Assembly (NCBI GenBank): GCA_000708835.1
Contig: DF237181.1
Span: forward strand, 1-64,000
Length of the DNA: 64,000 nt
Origin: Klebsormidium nitens
Taxonomy: Eukaryota; Plantae; Klebsormidiophyceae
Reading direction: 5' to 3'
Shown here: positions 63,195-64,000 of the stretch, piece after piece
Position numbering within the stretch: the first letter of the stretch is position 1
Layout: every line of letters begins with the position of its first letter
Notes under the pieces: model-generated
The model's input: only the letters and a program-made list of their open reading frames with translations
Databases searched by the model: none
What the model was told of the DNA's origin: nothing
Translations under genes and position numbers: made by a program

Positions 63195-64000
63195 ACATTT
63201 GGTGAGAACAGGCCCGGCCCCTTCGAGTTTGCAGTCATGCGTAAAATGCAGGTCGTAGGATACTGTTTAATGAGATCCAACGGTTCAAAGTCCTTTCAGA
63301 AGTCGGATCCCCGCTGAAAGATTAGCACATTCAGCCTGAGGCCCTGAGCATGATTGACACCGGCTCCGTACTGAAAGTGTACATGGTGCACCGAGCAAAT
63401 CTACCGTCCTAGCACGACTTCCCGACCATCCACCCGGCGCTCACCGGGAAGAAAATGCGCTACGTCTATGTGCTGGCGAACGCGAATTGCGGCCGGTAGT
63501 CTAGCTCTCCGGCCGATCCGCTTTGGCCCCGCTCTGGCGCTCTGGCCCGGCCGGCCCTGTAGCTGGCTTGCCCGGGCGGCAGCAATACGTGATCGGAAGA
63601 ATCGGCCGGGCAACTCCGAGTCTATACAGATGGTAGTGTCAACGTCTGGGCGGCTAACCGCGGCCGCCCGCGCCGCTGCCAATCATCATTTCAATCAGCC
63701 GGGACCGCCTAGGCTAACTGCTGGCCCCAGAAGCTGCCTACCCTAGTTCCGACAACTTGGCAATGGTAAATATGACCATTAACGCAAGGCTATACCCGGT
63801 ATGAACATTGCCGCTCTAGTTTTAACGAGCCATGACCATTGCTCAGCGCTTGGGGCGCAGCTTGCTCGCACGAATGATGAACAGGTTCAAGTGGCATGCT
63901 CATATTAAGGTGGTAGGACGGTAATTCAGGTTGGATTGACCCTGGTTTACGTTCTGGTTCATAGAATGTTCAAAACTAAACCAAATCAGGTTTCGTCTTC

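Noticed and set aside
62806-63559. Possible hAT element with CAGGGCCG ends
   Set aside because: Only about 8 bp of inverted match, and the flanks (CCGGCACC versus TAGCTGGC) are not a TSD.

Overview
Intron-rich eukaryotic nuclear DNA, most consistent with a streptophyte green alga (Klebsormidium-like). This is an inference from the gene set and intron style, not a database result. I rebuilt 12 spliced protein-coding genes by hand from GT/GC-AG junctions with consistent phase: two tandem 11S-globulin-like bicupins, a four-qRRM hnRNP F/H-like protein, a MATE transporter, RabB/Rab2, a Fra a 1-associated-protein-like gene, MCU, GME, an RNFT-like RING-TM ligase, F-box SKIP31, an EBS/SHL BAH-PHD reader and a very long IDD zinc-finger factor. 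Most ORFs in the supplied track are exon fragments or antisense shadows. Non-coding DNA holds several small inverted-repeat elements: a hAT MITE with an 8-bp TSD, a CMC/EnSpm-like element with 22-bp perfect TIRs, and a 95%-identical foldback. The most curious are two hairpin elements that share a telomere-like core but have unrelated arms. Short tandem duplications that copy splice junctions recur across several genes. I found no rRNA, tRNA or CRISPR.
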